DNA of 20,000 bases from an uncultured virus (IMG/VR IMGVR_UViG_3300003478_000003) (taxonomy: Duplodnaviria > Heunggongvirae > Uroviricota > Caudoviricetes). The stretch covers positions 55,456 to 75,455 of IMG/VR virus record IMGVR_UViG_3300003478_000003; one strand, 5' to 3'. Position numbers and translations under genes: made by a program. The notes beneath the pieces are model-generated. The model saw only the letters and a program-made list of their open reading frames with translations. It was not told the DNA's origin and did no database searches. Of the stretch, positions 1 through 8,536 are shown in pieces (within the stretch, counting starts at the first letter, position 1; every line of letters begins with the position of its first letter).

Positions 1-549
1 GTGTTCTATCAAGTCAGCAAAACTAAATGTCATCTGTTGTGCTGTATTTATTTTTCCAACACGTTCTTCATTTAACTCAATTATCATGTTTGCGTGTAAT
101 TTACAATCTGTATGAAACATTCCTTTTATTTGTAGTGTTTCATGGCAATATTTGCCTAACGCACTATGAGGTTTGCTTTGGAAAAATCCAAATCCTTTTG
201 CTAATTCTGCGGGTATTAATTTACGTAAACTAATGTCGTTTATAATAGTAATATACTTAATGTGTTCATATGCTTCGTCAGCAGTAGTGCCTAACGGAAC
301 TTCATCAACAATAACACCTACCTCTGCTTCAAAGTCTATTCCATATTCCTCAGGGAATGGATGTATGTTTTCATTCCACAATAAAAATTTGTCACTAACG
401 CCTTGATACATTAATGGATCCCAATTAAAACTATCGGGCATTTTTGCTCCACGAGCCGCACGTAATCTCTCCATATGTATAAGATATGCACTACCATCAC
501 AAAATTGTGTTATATTTAGATCACTCGTCAGTGTGTGTTGTATTTTCAT
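1..549 (-). CDS. Fumarylacetoacetate (FAA) hydrolase family protein, partial (runs off the left edge)
   Basis: Not in the ORF track. Manual translation from ATG at 549 is open to base 1: MKIQHTLTSDLNITQFCDGSAYLIHMERLRAARGAKMPDSFNWDPLMYQGVSDKF...GIDFEAEVGVIVDEVPLG...INDISLRKLIPAELAKGFGFFQSKP...MTFSFADLIEH. The DGSAY, PLMYQG, IDFEAE, NDxSLR and AKGFGFFQSKP motifs are typical of the proteobacterial FAA-hydrolase subfamily. Confidence 0.88.
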   Translation of the reverse strand, partial: MKIQHTLTSDLNITQFCDGSAYLIHMERLRAARGAKMPDSFNWDPLMYQGVSDKFLLWNENIHPFPEEYGIDFEAEVGVIVDEVPLGTTADEAYEHIKYITIINDISLRKLIPAELAKGFGFFQSKPHSALGKYCHETLQIKGMFHTDCKLHANMIIELNEERVGKINTAQQMTFSFADLIEH

Positions 550-964
550 TTTGCATATTACATGTTATTTCTAATCGTAAATTGTTTGGATCAAAAAAGT
601 ATATACTATATATCCAATCATCGTGATTAGTTGGGCCTATAACATCTAGTCCTCTTGATGTTAATTCAGCAAACCAAGCATCTACATTCTCAACAGTACC
701 AACATCAAATGCAAAATGTACTACCCAATCTTCGCAATCTGTTGTAGTTGCTTCGCCATCGCCTAAATCAAAAAATGCAATGCAACTTTTGTCTGGCATT
801 TGGAAAAATATGTGTTTGTATGGAGCATATGCTCCGGTACTTGGAACGTGATCTTTTTCTATAGTATGGACGTGGGGTAACCCCAATACATTAGTATAAA
901 ATTCTATTGTTTCATCTGCATCTCTACACTTCCATGCAAAATGGTGTAGTTGCTTTAATTTCAT
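521..964 (-). CDS. VOC/glyoxalase family protein
   Basis: LHHFAWKCRD...FYTNVLGL, HIFF...IAFFD, HFAF, SIYFFDPNNLRLEIT: paired beta-alpha-beta-beta-beta VOC pattern with His/His/Glu metal ligands. Confidence 0.88.
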   Translation of the reverse strand: MKLKQLHHFAWKCRDADETIEFYTNVLGLPHVHTIEKDHVPSTGAYAPYKHIFFQMPDKSCIAFFDLGDGEATTTDCEDWVVHFAFDVGTVENVDAWFAELTSRGLDVIGPTNHDDWIYSIYFFDPNNLRLEITCNMQNENTTHTDE

Positions 965-965
965 A

Positions 966-1385
966 TTATATGCGCGAAGTTTTTTCTACCGCGATCGCCT
1001 CGCGTTTTTCCATGCCGCGTGTCCATGCCGCCGCTCCAAGTATAGCACCAAAAGCAATATGAAACAAGCCACCACCTTGTAATGTTAAGGACTGCCAGTC
1101 GCCTTTATTCATCATAATATTTAATGCTTCAGACTGTTGTTCAACTGGCATCTGCAATACATACTTAAATATCTCTGCTAAATCGTGTGGTTGTGCTTGT
1201 ACATAATAAGGTGCAATAATAAAATCAAATATACAGATAGCCAAATATGTTAATGCAGCTATTGGACGCCATAATGAACGCATCCATTTAGCAATAGGAC
1301 CATTAGAGTTGTTGCTTGCTATTGGTGTTACTGATAAATGTTCTGATACCGCAGTTTCTCTAACTGCTGTCCTGGTTCTTGTCAT
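966..1385 (-). CDS. Putative holin (3TM, GTA-holin-like family)
   Basis: WRPxxAxxYxxICxFDF...W.SLTLQGGGLFHIAFGAILGxxAWTRGxEK pattern with hydrophobic helices; close to the spanin pair. Confidence 0.65.
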   Translation of the reverse strand: MTRTRTAVRETAVSEHLSVTPIASNNSNGPIAKWMRSLWRPIAALTYLAICIFDFIIAPYYVQAQPHDLAEIFKYVLQMPVEQQSEALNIMMNKGDWQSLTLQGGGLFHIAFGAILGAAAWTRGMEKREAIAVEKTSRI

Positions 1386-1977
1386 AGTTCCTCGTTAAAT
1401 TGAATGTAGTAATACCTTCATCCTGTACAATATTACTTATCTTAATTGTCGAGTCAGTTCTTGTGATTACTTTTGCATACAAACTATCCACTAAGTGGTT
1501 GCGAAATCCTCGATATGTTAAACTACGTCCATGCGACTTATCATTAATTCCGTTCCTAAAATCACCAATTAAAACAACATCAGTACCTGTGCCACACACT
1601 CTTAGTAATTCTGATATGCTTTTTTGCATAAGTTCCACATCACTATTGTCAAATGGTAAACAATTAACTAATTTTAAACCATTTATATTATATGCATGCC
1701 AGTGTTGAATACGATCATCAGTTGAGCAGTCAAATTTATACACTTCACAATGATAACAGTTCTGTTTATCTACCATTGGAGTGTTATTAGAAATAATACA
1801 TAGACCGGTATCACCATTATCTATCCATTGGTGGTATGCCGTCAATTGGCTAGCAATAGGATACGGAACCTGTTGCAGAAAGCACAGGTCATATTGGCCT
1901 AAGATTTCCTTAGGAAATTCGCTAGTGTTTCTCCAATGAACACTAGACGTCAGGATCTTTAGTGTCTGCGTGTTCAT
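1360..1977 (-). CDS. Divergent endonuclease/exonuclease/phosphatase (EEP)-like protein
   Basis: LKILTSSV, DLCFLQQV (cf. DxxxLQEV) and VVLIGDFR (cf. GDFN) occur in the expected order, but the catalytic positions look substituted. Confidence 0.45.
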   Translation of the reverse strand: MNTQTLKILTSSVHWRNTSEFPKEILGQYDLCFLQQVPYPIASQLTAYHQWIDNGDTGLCIISNNTPMVDKQNCYHCEVYKFDCSTDDRIQHWHAYNINGLKLVNCLPFDNSDVELMQKSISELLRVCGTGTDVVLIGDFRNGINDKSHGRSLTYRGFRNHLVDSLYAKVITRTDSTIKISNIVQDEGITTFNLTRNYDKNQDSS

Positions 1978-2137
1978 TTTCGTCTTTCAAAATTTCTACA
2001 TCAGTTTTCTTTACTATATGTGTTAATAGACGATCTACTTTTTTCTGAAACCAAACGCCCATTTTGGTATCTTTAAACCACATCCAAAATGCTGACGCTA
2101 TTACGTTCAGTACGATAACTTTGATTAAAACCCACAT
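1943..2137 (-). CDS. Small membrane protein, hypothetical
   Basis: 64 aa with an N-terminal hydrophobic helix and charged tail; preceded by TATAAATA. Confidence 0.6.
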   Translation of the reverse strand: MWVLIKVIVLNVIASAFWMWFKDTKMGVWFQKKVDRLLTHIVKKTDVEILKDENEHADTKDPDV

Positions 2138-2142
2138 GCATC

Positions 2143-2150
2143 TATTTATA
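2143..2150 (-). promoter_or_regulatory. T4-like late promoter TATAAATA, 5 nt upstream of ATG 2137
   Basis: Minus strand reads TATAAATA-GATGC-ATG in a short intergenic gap. Confidence 0.6.
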
Positions 2151-2165
2151 TGGGTTTATTATAAT

Positions 2166-2561
2166 TTACTTGAATTGTTTGTTGTGTTCTATAAGAGCGT
2201 TATCTTGGTCTTTGTAGTATTCTTCGTAAGCAATAATAATTGCTTGCTGTTGTTGAACTAGTTTTCGAATAGCGGCCATGTTGAGAGATAAATTCTCATA
2301 ACCAGTATCGGTTAAACCAAATATTGCTCCATCTACGCTTTCTTTAGATAATTTGTGAAAAACATCATCTACATTTTCTGGTGTAACAATAATCCATTTA
2401 ACTTCTCTCTGATTAATTGTATCTGTACTTGGTAAATTTAATGGAACACGTACTGCTGGTTTTACTTGTATTGCTACTTTAGGTGGATTAGTGCTACACC
2501 CTGAGAGGGCAAATGGGCCTAAAGCAAGTATAGATGTACCTACAATAATTTCTTTTAACAT
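2166..2561 (-). CDS. Outer-membrane spanin (o-spanin, Rz1-like lipoprotein)
   Basis: Signal peptide with lipobox LSGC, Pro-rich segment, C-terminal helix YENLSLNMAAIRKLVQQQQAII..YEEYY; directly downstream of the i-spanin candidate. Confidence 0.72.
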   Translation of the reverse strand: MLKEIIVGTSILALGPFALSGCSTNPPKVAIQVKPAVRVPLNLPSTDTINQREVKWIIVTPENVDDVFHKLSKESVDGAIFGLTDTGYENLSLNMAAIRKLVQQQQAIIIAYEEYYKDQDNALIEHNKQFK

Positions 2562-3053
2562 TTACTCGTCCTCCTTGGGATGATAGTTTGGATTGGCTAC
2601 AGATGGACATTCTGTATTAATTTGACTTGGTTTTGTAGCAGTAATTTCTTTATTAGTTAAAGGACTACCACTGAGTATTTCAAAGCATCGCAATACCCTA
2701 GCAGATGCTTTACTTATTACTCTTTCAATTAATTTTGGTTTATTCTCAGCAAGTTTTCCAATGTCGCGTGTACCAAAATTAGCAGATAATTTACCAAATC
2801 TACCTACTAGATTGTCATAATCTTTTTGTGATTGTGCAAATCTTTGGTTTAAGTTGTCAACTACTTGTTGAATTTTTTCTCTGTCTCTGTCAGCCTGTGC
2901 TATTGCTTCATTTTGTAATGCAATTTTTGTATCTCTAACAGCTGCCTCGGCAATTAAAACGGCTTTTTCCTGTTGGGAATTTTGGTAGTACATGTAACCA
3001 CCACCGCCACCGATGCCCATGATGACTATTAGAATCATGACTATGTATGACAT
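2562..3053 (-). CDS. Inner-membrane spanin (i-spanin, Rz-like)
   Basis: Single N-terminal TM helix, long periplasmic coiled coil, LAENKPKLIERVI motif, two C-terminal Cys; SD GGAG at 3060-3063. Confidence 0.72.
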   Translation of the reverse strand: MSYIVMILIVIMGIGGGGGYMYYQNSQQEKAVLIAEAAVRDTKIALQNEAIAQADRDREKIQQVVDNLNQRFAQSQKDYDNLVGRFGKLSANFGTRDIGKLAENKPKLIERVISKASARVLRCFEILSGSPLTNKEITATKPSQINTECPSVANPNYHPKEDE

Positions 3054-3086
3054 AATTAACTCCTGCGTATAATAATATGCTACTAT

Positions 3087-3093
3087 TATTTAT
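3087..3093 (-). promoter_or_regulatory. Putative late promoter ATAAATA upstream of the spanin genes
   Basis: ATAAATA on the minus strand at the start of the 3054-3092 intergenic gap. Confidence 0.45.
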
Positions 3094-3875
3094 TACTTCA
3101 TAGGTACGCGGGCGTTAATTCTGAGTTGTTGTAACTGATCTTTAATATTTTGCTCTTTTGCTAGAAAAGAGTCATATTGTTCTGGGGTAACTGGAAGTGT
3201 GTTGTGTAATTCTTCCATCGTTAGTGTTTTACTGCTTTTATAATGTTTAAATGACCAATTATCAATGCCTGTTAGTTTTTCAACACCTGTTAACATTTCA
3301 GATAATACATCTTTGAATGTATCTTTACGTTCAAACTCTACAAATACAACGTAATCACCATCAATATTTTCACTTGAAATATTATCAGCATCTATAACAT
3401 CTGTATAACCACGCTCAACAAATGACATTAAGTCCTTTGCGGCATCATTATTTTTAACTTCCATTGCTAATACAATAACATCCTTATCTTCACCTAATTT
3501 GCTTTTATGTTTATCTACAAAAATTGTAGAATTTACAAGATCTGCCAAATCTAAAGCATTGAGGTCTTCATTAATTGGAGATTCGCCTAAATGAGTTAAG
3601 TCACTTGAAAAATCACCACCAATTTCTTGTGTTGTTATTGTATCTGTAACAGGTATAGTAGGATCTGCAGATATTACTTTTCTTGCTGTTGTATTTGATT
3701 TTGGATCGTTTGTTGTTATAGTAGTTATGTCTGGTTCCCCATCTACTCTTTTTGTAACAGTCTTTTTTGTAGGCCGTAAATTATCACGTATTTTAGCAAT
3801 ATTTGCTTTTTCTTTTATTTTCTTTTTAGCTACATTACTTAAATTATCTTCTAAAATTTCTCTAAAATTTTTCAT
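3093..3875 (-). CDS. Hypothetical phage protein (possibly virion-associated)
   Basis: 260-aa ORF with a Lys/Thr-rich N-terminal region followed by a globular alpha/beta domain; TAATG coupling with the upstream gene. Confidence 0.7.
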   Translation of the reverse strand: MKNFREILEDNLSNVAKKKIKEKANIAKIRDNLRPTKKTVTKRVDGEPDITTITTNDPKSNTTARKVISADPTIPVTDTITTQEIGGDFSSDLTHLGESPINEDLNALDLADLVNSTIFVDKHKSKLGEDKDVIVLAMEVKNNDAAKDLMSFVERGYTDVIDADNISSENIDGDYVVFVEFERKDTFKDVLSEMLTGVEKLTGIDNWSFKHYKSSKTLTMEELHNTLPVTPEQYDSFLAKEQNIKDQLQQLRINARVPMK

Positions 3876-4432
3876 TAGATCATTCCTCCTTCCATTTCTG
3901 GCTCCATAGCCATTTCTGGAGCGGCCGCAGCCTGAGCAAGATTTTCTTGTTCAGCTTGTTCAATATCCTCCAAATCTAATTTTTCACCTTCCAACTCTAC
4001 ATAACCACGTTCAATGTTTGTCATTAACTTGCGTGGAATTTTAATATTAACTATCCAAATTGGCGTTTCTTTAGTTTCAACTTTTTGATGAACTTCTTGT
4101 TCACCTGCTTTCTTTGGATATACGTTTAAGTCTTTAATAGGTTTTGTTAATTTAGACTTTCTATATGTTATAGTAATATCATAGTCTAGTAAGCGTTTTG
4201 CGCCAAGGGGATTGGGCATTAACTTACGTGGCCACATAAATTCACATTCTACAAAATAACGAGAATGGGTAGGACCAACAACTAATTCACCCTTATCCCA
4301 GTTTTCAAACACATATAAATCAAGTGTATCTAAAACACGTTCAAAATCTAGTAAATTTTCTAATGCGTTGTTACTTAAATAGATATTTTTAGTATTATCT
4401 AAAACGTCATATAATTCTATTTTATTGGCCAT
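3875..4432 (-). CDS. Hypothetical phage protein (LLDFERVLD..DLYVFENW type)
   Basis: ORF track gives 3875..4489; ATG 4432 (MANKIELY) is preferred because it avoids overlap with the upstream gene and sits 5 nt after ATAAATA. Acidic Met/Glu tail. Confidence 0.7.
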   Translation of the reverse strand: MANKIELYDVLDNTKNIYLSNNALENLLDFERVLDTLDLYVFENWDKGELVVGPTHSRYFVECEFMWPRKLMPNPLGAKRLLDYDITITYRKSKLTKPIKDLNVYPKKAGEQEVHQKVETKETPIWIVNIKIPRKLMTNIERGYVELEGEKLDLEDIEQAEQENLAQAAAAPEMAMEPEMEGGMI

Positions 4433-4436
4433 AATC

Positions 4437-4643
4437 TTATTTATCCAATTTACCCCATTGAATGTTATTCCATAAGCGTTCATAGCCATAGTATAAAACC
4501 ATTGTCAATATAGCACCTATTGTTAAAAGACCTGTTGACTTCCATGAACCTGTTACAGCATATGCAAGTATCGGCCAATATATAAAATTAAATACACGCC
4601 ATATAATTGTTTTAACTAATGTTCGTTTATGCGAGTCAGGCAT
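4437..4643 (-). CDS. DUF2061-like small membrane protein
   Basis: DSHKRTLVKTIIWRV...AYAVTGSW...LYYGYERLWNNIQWG matches the DUF2061 pattern; start reassigned to ATG 4643 (MPDSH). Confidence 0.78.
   Translation of the reverse strand: MPDSHKRTLVKTIIWRVFNFIYWPILAYAVTGSWKSTGLLTIGAILTMVLYYGYERLWNNIQWGKLDK
4438..4444 (-). promoter_or_regulatory. Putative late promoter ATAAATA, 5 nt upstream of ATG 4432
   Basis: Minus strand reads GATAAATA-AGATT-ATG. Confidence 0.5.
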
Positions 4644-5269
4644 TCGTCTCCGTCCAATATATCTTGTGTTTTGTTTGTTATAGTTCCAGTGCATTGTAAA
4701 AGACATCGAGGTTCCCACCCTGCATTAGCGGTGGCGTGTGGCATATTTGCCCAATCAAACCAAAACACATCTCCTGCTTGCCATCTGCATAAACTTGTGC
4801 CAAACTGTATAAAATGGCCAGGCTTCCAGTCTTCTAAAAATATTAAAAATCGGGATACTTTAGATGGATCATCATTCATTTCATATAGCTTATCAATATG
4901 TAAATTGACCATTTCACCTGGATATTGTATATGAAATGCTGTTTTAGAGTTTAATAACCCTAAACAATCTACCATAGTTTGCCATATTCCAGTAATGTCT
5001 CTTGAGCGGCGATACATGACTGTATCAGGGTTTTGACCAGCTCTAACTAAATCATTAACTTCAGTATCTAAACTAGCATCACTATTATGATAATTTTTCT
5101 TTCTAGTTTTCCAAGTAACTGGCTCAACACTATTTTTAATTTGCTGTAATTCATTGGACCAGTCGCCTATAAAACGAGTAACTTTTTTAAAATCAGTCTC
5201 TTGACTAGGCAAACTCCATTCAAAATGATAGTTACTTTGTGCTTTGCCAAGATCCCAGTTGCTTTCCAT
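4616..5269 (-). CDS. Fe(II)/2-oxoglutarate-type oxygenase (cupin/DSBH), paralog B
   Basis: HxD (LHIDKL)...H (PHATAN)...R (PRCLLQCTG). Start at ATG 5269 (MESNWD), with GGAG upstream. Confidence 0.7.
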   Translation of the reverse strand: MESNWDLGKAQSNYHFEWSLPSQETDFKKVTRFIGDWSNELQQIKNSVEPVTWKTRKKNYHNSDASLDTEVNDLVRAGQNPDTVMYRRSRDITGIWQTMVDCLGLLNSKTAFHIQYPGEMVNLHIDKLYEMNDDPSKVSRFLIFLEDWKPGHFIQFGTSLCRWQAGDVFWFDWANMPHATANAGWEPRCLLQCTGTITNKTQDILDGDECLTRINEH

Positions 5270-5270
5270 A

Positions 5271-5621
5271 CTAATATACTCCATCAAATATAAAATAATC
5301 TACAGTAAATGTTAGTTCAGCACCAATAAAAACTGCTAACCAATAATTATTTAACCAATCCCATAACTGCTTGATTACCCACCAAGCACATAATACTCTA
5401 ATAGAGTATACCACATCAGCCCATATTATGTCAAGCCATAAAAACGAATCTGCTTCAAAATAGTTGTAAAATAGGATATTGTCAGCTAAAAAACTTAATT
5501 GGGCCATAAAGAATACTGCCCAATAGTAAGTTATATATTTGTTTAAGAACTTAACTATTGGTCCGGAAACAACCAATCTATAAAGTACATAAATTATATT
5601 AGTGACAGCTAGTTCTATCAT
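5271..5621 (-). CDS. Small multi-pass membrane protein with internal two-fold repeat
   Basis: 116 aa, very hydrophobic; the halves YYWAVFFMAQLSFLADNILF and NYWLAVFIGAELTFTVDYFIF resemble each other; ATGA-coupled to the upstream gene. Confidence 0.65.
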   Translation of the reverse strand: MIELAVTNIIYVLYRLVVSGPIVKFLNKYITYYWAVFFMAQLSFLADNILFYNYFEADSFLWLDIIWADVVYSIRVLCAWWVIKQLWDWLNNYWLAVFIGAELTFTVDYFIFDGVY

Positions 5622-6268
5622 ACAGCGCCTTTCCGGTTACTTGCTAACTTTATTGTTTTATCTAATTTTGATTCTGCTTGTGATATGTATTTTTCATTAG
5701 CATCTTTAGATAATATTTCTGATAGTTTAGCATCATCTATTGTTACTTCATTTGGTAACAATCCTAGTTGTTTTTCTAACCATTGTAAATATCTTATCTC
5801 ATACAAGTATAATAACTCTTGACTAGCAAATACTGTTTTATGGTTAAGTGTTATACTAACTAACTGTTTTATAAAAAACGGTGTTGTATGTTTTCCTCTT
5901 ACACGTTCTTGCTGTAATTTTACAATATTACTATCTCTTCCTATTATAAGAAATTGAATTCTACAAAACTTCCTTGCTACTTCTATAAAACTATTATATG
6001 CTGGAATAGTTTCTACGCCATCATCAAAATAAGGACAACTAATACTTGTAATAAAATAATTGCTTTGTTCCCAATCAAATTCATTTAGCTTTGATGGATC
6101 TTTCCAACACTCTGCGAAAGGTTCTAAATCATGACCTTCCCAATACTTTTCTTGTAGTTTAGGCCATACAAATATATTTTTATTTTGTCCTAATGCTTTG
6201 CTGAATAAGTGATTACCACTACCTTGTGGTCCTGTCATTATTGTTAGTATTGGTTTCAACGTTAACAA
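5618..6268 (-). CDS. Sulfotransferase-like P-loop protein
   Basis: N-terminal strand plus loop IMTGPQGSGNH (5'-PSB-like) and FLIIGRD (3'-PB-like). TTG start, exact codon uncertain. Confidence 0.5.
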   Translation of the reverse strand: MLTLKPILTIMTGPQGSGNHLFSKALGQNKNIFVWPKLQEKYWEGHDLEPFAECWKDPSKLNEFDWEQSNYFITSISCPYFDDGVETIPAYNSFIEVARKFCRIQFLIIGRDSNIVKLQQERVRGKHTTPFFIKQLVSITLNHKTVFASQELLYLYEIRYLQWLEKQLGLLPNEVTIDDAKLSEILSKDANEKYISQAESKLDKTIKLASNRKGAV

Positions 6269-6274
6269 GACTTC

Positions 6275-7021
6275 TTACGCTAGTGTCCATACTGTATCAC
6301 TTGATCCATTAGCAATAATCTCTCTAGTCTTTTCAGATTTTAGTCCTGTAATCTGGATAATTGGTCTTGGGAAATTACTAGCATTCGCTGTGGCGTGTGG
6401 TGCATTTGCCCAATCAAAGATATGTGCCTCGCCAGCTTTCCATCTTTCATAGATAAAATTACCATACATATAAAACTGTCCTGGTCTCCAATCATCTAAG
6501 AAAAATGCAATACGACATATTTGTTCTGGATCATCAATACATCTATCCCATAGCTTATCAATATGTAAGTTAAACATTTGACCTGTTAATTGAACATGGG
6601 CTCTATATTTTAACTCGTCTTTACTGCCTATTACCCCAAAGTGTTCTTTCATTTTAACAAGCATTGGATAATCTTCTAACTCATCTTTCATATTTGTAAG
6701 CATAAGTTTTTTAGGATCTCCGCCTCCTTGTTCAATATCGTATTCTTCTTGTTTTAGCATTGGAGATTCGTCTTCTTTATCTCCATAGAATTTACGTGAT
6801 TCCCAATTAATTGCTTTAGTTGAATTTTCAACTAATCTATCTCTATCTTCTTTCCAAAGTTCAGGATTATCAAATCGGCCTAATACCTTAAACCATTCAC
6901 CTTCTTTATCTTTAACGTTATCATCAAAATGATATTCGCTATGTGCTACTGTCCAATCCCAGTTCGAATCGAATTCAGATGGGTCTTTTAAGGTTTTAGA
7001 CCAATCTGTTTTGTGTATCAT
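6275..7021 (-). CDS. Fe(II)/2-oxoglutarate-type oxygenase (cupin/DSBH), paralog A
   Basis: LHIDKL...FLDDWRPGQF...WKAGE..IFDWANAPHATANAS..PRPIIQITG; clear paralog of 4616..5269; ATGA-coupled to tctA. Confidence 0.7.
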   Translation of the reverse strand: MIHKTDWSKTLKDPSEFDSNWDWTVAHSEYHFDDNVKDKEGEWFKVLGRFDNPELWKEDRDRLVENSTKAINWESRKFYGDKEDESPMLKQEEYDIEQGGGDPKKLMLTNMKDELEDYPMLVKMKEHFGVIGSKDELKYRAHVQLTGQMFNLHIDKLWDRCIDDPEQICRIAFFLDDWRPGQFYMYGNFIYERWKAGEAHIFDWANAPHATANASNFPRPIIQITGLKSEKTREIIANGSSDTVWTLA

Positions 7022-8526
7022 GTGTAATCAAGTCCTTTGTCTTTTCTTACTAAACTATTTATGAATATGCCTAATGCTATTACAATACATACAAGGAAGA
7101 TAGGATGATTATAAATGTTAAATAATTCTCCCCATCTAAATCCTTCCATCGACGTTAAGCCTGGCTTCCATTGTTTGTAACCGTACAGTTGTAAGGTTCC
7201 CCAGAAGTATTCATCTATTTTAAATGCTACAACGTATGCAACTAGAATTGCCGGTCTACTAATGTTATATATTTTACATACAACACCAATAGCACTTAAT
7301 ATAGCAAGTAAGGCCAAGTCTTCCCAGCCACCTGTATATTGCATATTAGCATAAACAATTACTGCTAAAATAAATGTAGCATAAATCCAAAACGGAACTT
7401 CTAATATTTTAAGAATATATTTGTATAAGACTATACTCAACAATGCTACACCAACTGTTCCAAATATATAACCAAATGCCAGTGAATTTGTAAATTGTAA
7501 ATCTTGTAGTAAACTTGGTGTGCCAATCTCCATACCGAAGTACATACAGATTGCCATAACCATAGCCGCAAATGGTGCCGCAGGAATACCAAACAAACAA
7601 GCAGGTATCATACTAGATACTTTCTGTGCATTGTTGGCTCCTTCACAGCCTAGTAATCCTACAGGATTACCTTCACCAAATGGAACTTCTTGATCTTCTT
7701 CTTTGTGTGCGGCTTTGGTTGCACCGTATGCTAAGAAGTCACCTACTGCTCCTCCTACGCCTGGCAATAAGCCAGTTACGAATCCAATTAGTCCACCTCT
7801 AACCATATCTTTCCAATGTCGTTTGCAATCACCAAAACCTTGTTTCAGTCCTGTCCAATAATTTCCTTCTAACGGTGGTGCCGCTGATTTTAATTTCTTT
7901 CTGAATCCGTCTAATAATTCAGGAACTCCGAATAAGCCTGATAGTAGAACCACCATGCCAATTCCATTTTGTAAATATTCCCAACCGAATGTCAGTCTAG
8001 GATTACTTACAACATCTTCTCCTACCATACCTACTGCTAATCCGAATATGATTGCACAGATACTTAAGAAAACATTTTTACTTGCAACAAAGCCTACACA
8101 GGCTAGTGCCATTGTCATAAAGCCCAGAAACTCCGGGCGTCCAAATAATACTATAATTTTTCCATAGTATGGAAGTAAAAAGAAAGTTAATGCCGCAAAT
8201 ACAACACCATTAAATGTTGAATCAGCAATAGCAATTCCCATTGCTCTAGCGGCTTGACCTTTCTTTGCCATAGGATAACCGTCAATAACACATGCCGCAG
8301 TAGTACTAGCGCCAGGAATACCAGTAAGAATACTTGTATAACTATCTGCACTCGCACAACTTGCCACGATAGCAGTTAAAAAGACCAACCCCAAATAAGG
8401 GTCGGCCATAAAATATGCTCCCATGGTAAAGACAGTTATCAGAGCAGTAGTTACACCTGCGATAGGAATAATACCAACTAACATTCCATAACAAGTGCCA
8501 ACTAATGCCCAGATAACATATTCCAT
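7018..8526 (-). CDS. tctA: Tripartite tricarboxylate transporter large permease (TctA family)
   Basis: GxxxGxLVGIIP, SILTGIPG..TTAA..IDGYPMAKKGQAARA, IGFVTGLLPGVGG, EGANNA...SMIPACLFGIP: TctA signature motifs; about 500 aa, multi-pass. Confidence 0.9.
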   Translation of the reverse strand: MEYVIWALVGTCYGMLVGIIPIAGVTTALITVFTMGAYFMADPYLGLVFLTAIVASCASADSYTSILTGIPGASTTAACVIDGYPMAKKGQAARAMGIAIADSTFNGVVFAALTFFLLPYYGKIIVLFGRPEFLGFMTMALACVGFVASKNVFLSICAIIFGLAVGMVGEDVVSNPRLTFGWEYLQNGIGMVVLLSGLFGVPELLDGFRKKLKSAAPPLEGNYWTGLKQGFGDCKRHWKDMVRGGLIGFVTGLLPGVGGAVGDFLAYGATKAAHKEEDQEVPFGEGNPVGLLGCEGANNAQKVSSMIPACLFGIPAAPFAAMVMAICMYFGMEIGTPSLLQDLQFTNSLAFGYIFGTVGVALLSIVLYKYILKILEVPFWIYATFILAVIVYANMQYTGGWEDLALLAILSAIGVVCKIYNISRPAILVAYVVAFKIDEYFWGTLQLYGYKQWKPGLTSMEGFRWGELFNIYNHPIFLVCIVIALGIFINSLVRKDKGLDYT

Positions 8527-8536
8527 AGTGCTTTCC

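Noticed and set aside
27..406. Plus-strand ORFs 27..233 and 173..406
   Set aside because: Antisense shadows of the FAA-hydrolase gene on the minus strand.
7409..7600. Minus-strand 63-aa ORF with GYGYG and Cys residues inside tctA
   Set aside because: Alternate frame wholly within tctA; its composition is explained by the hydrophobic codons of tctA.
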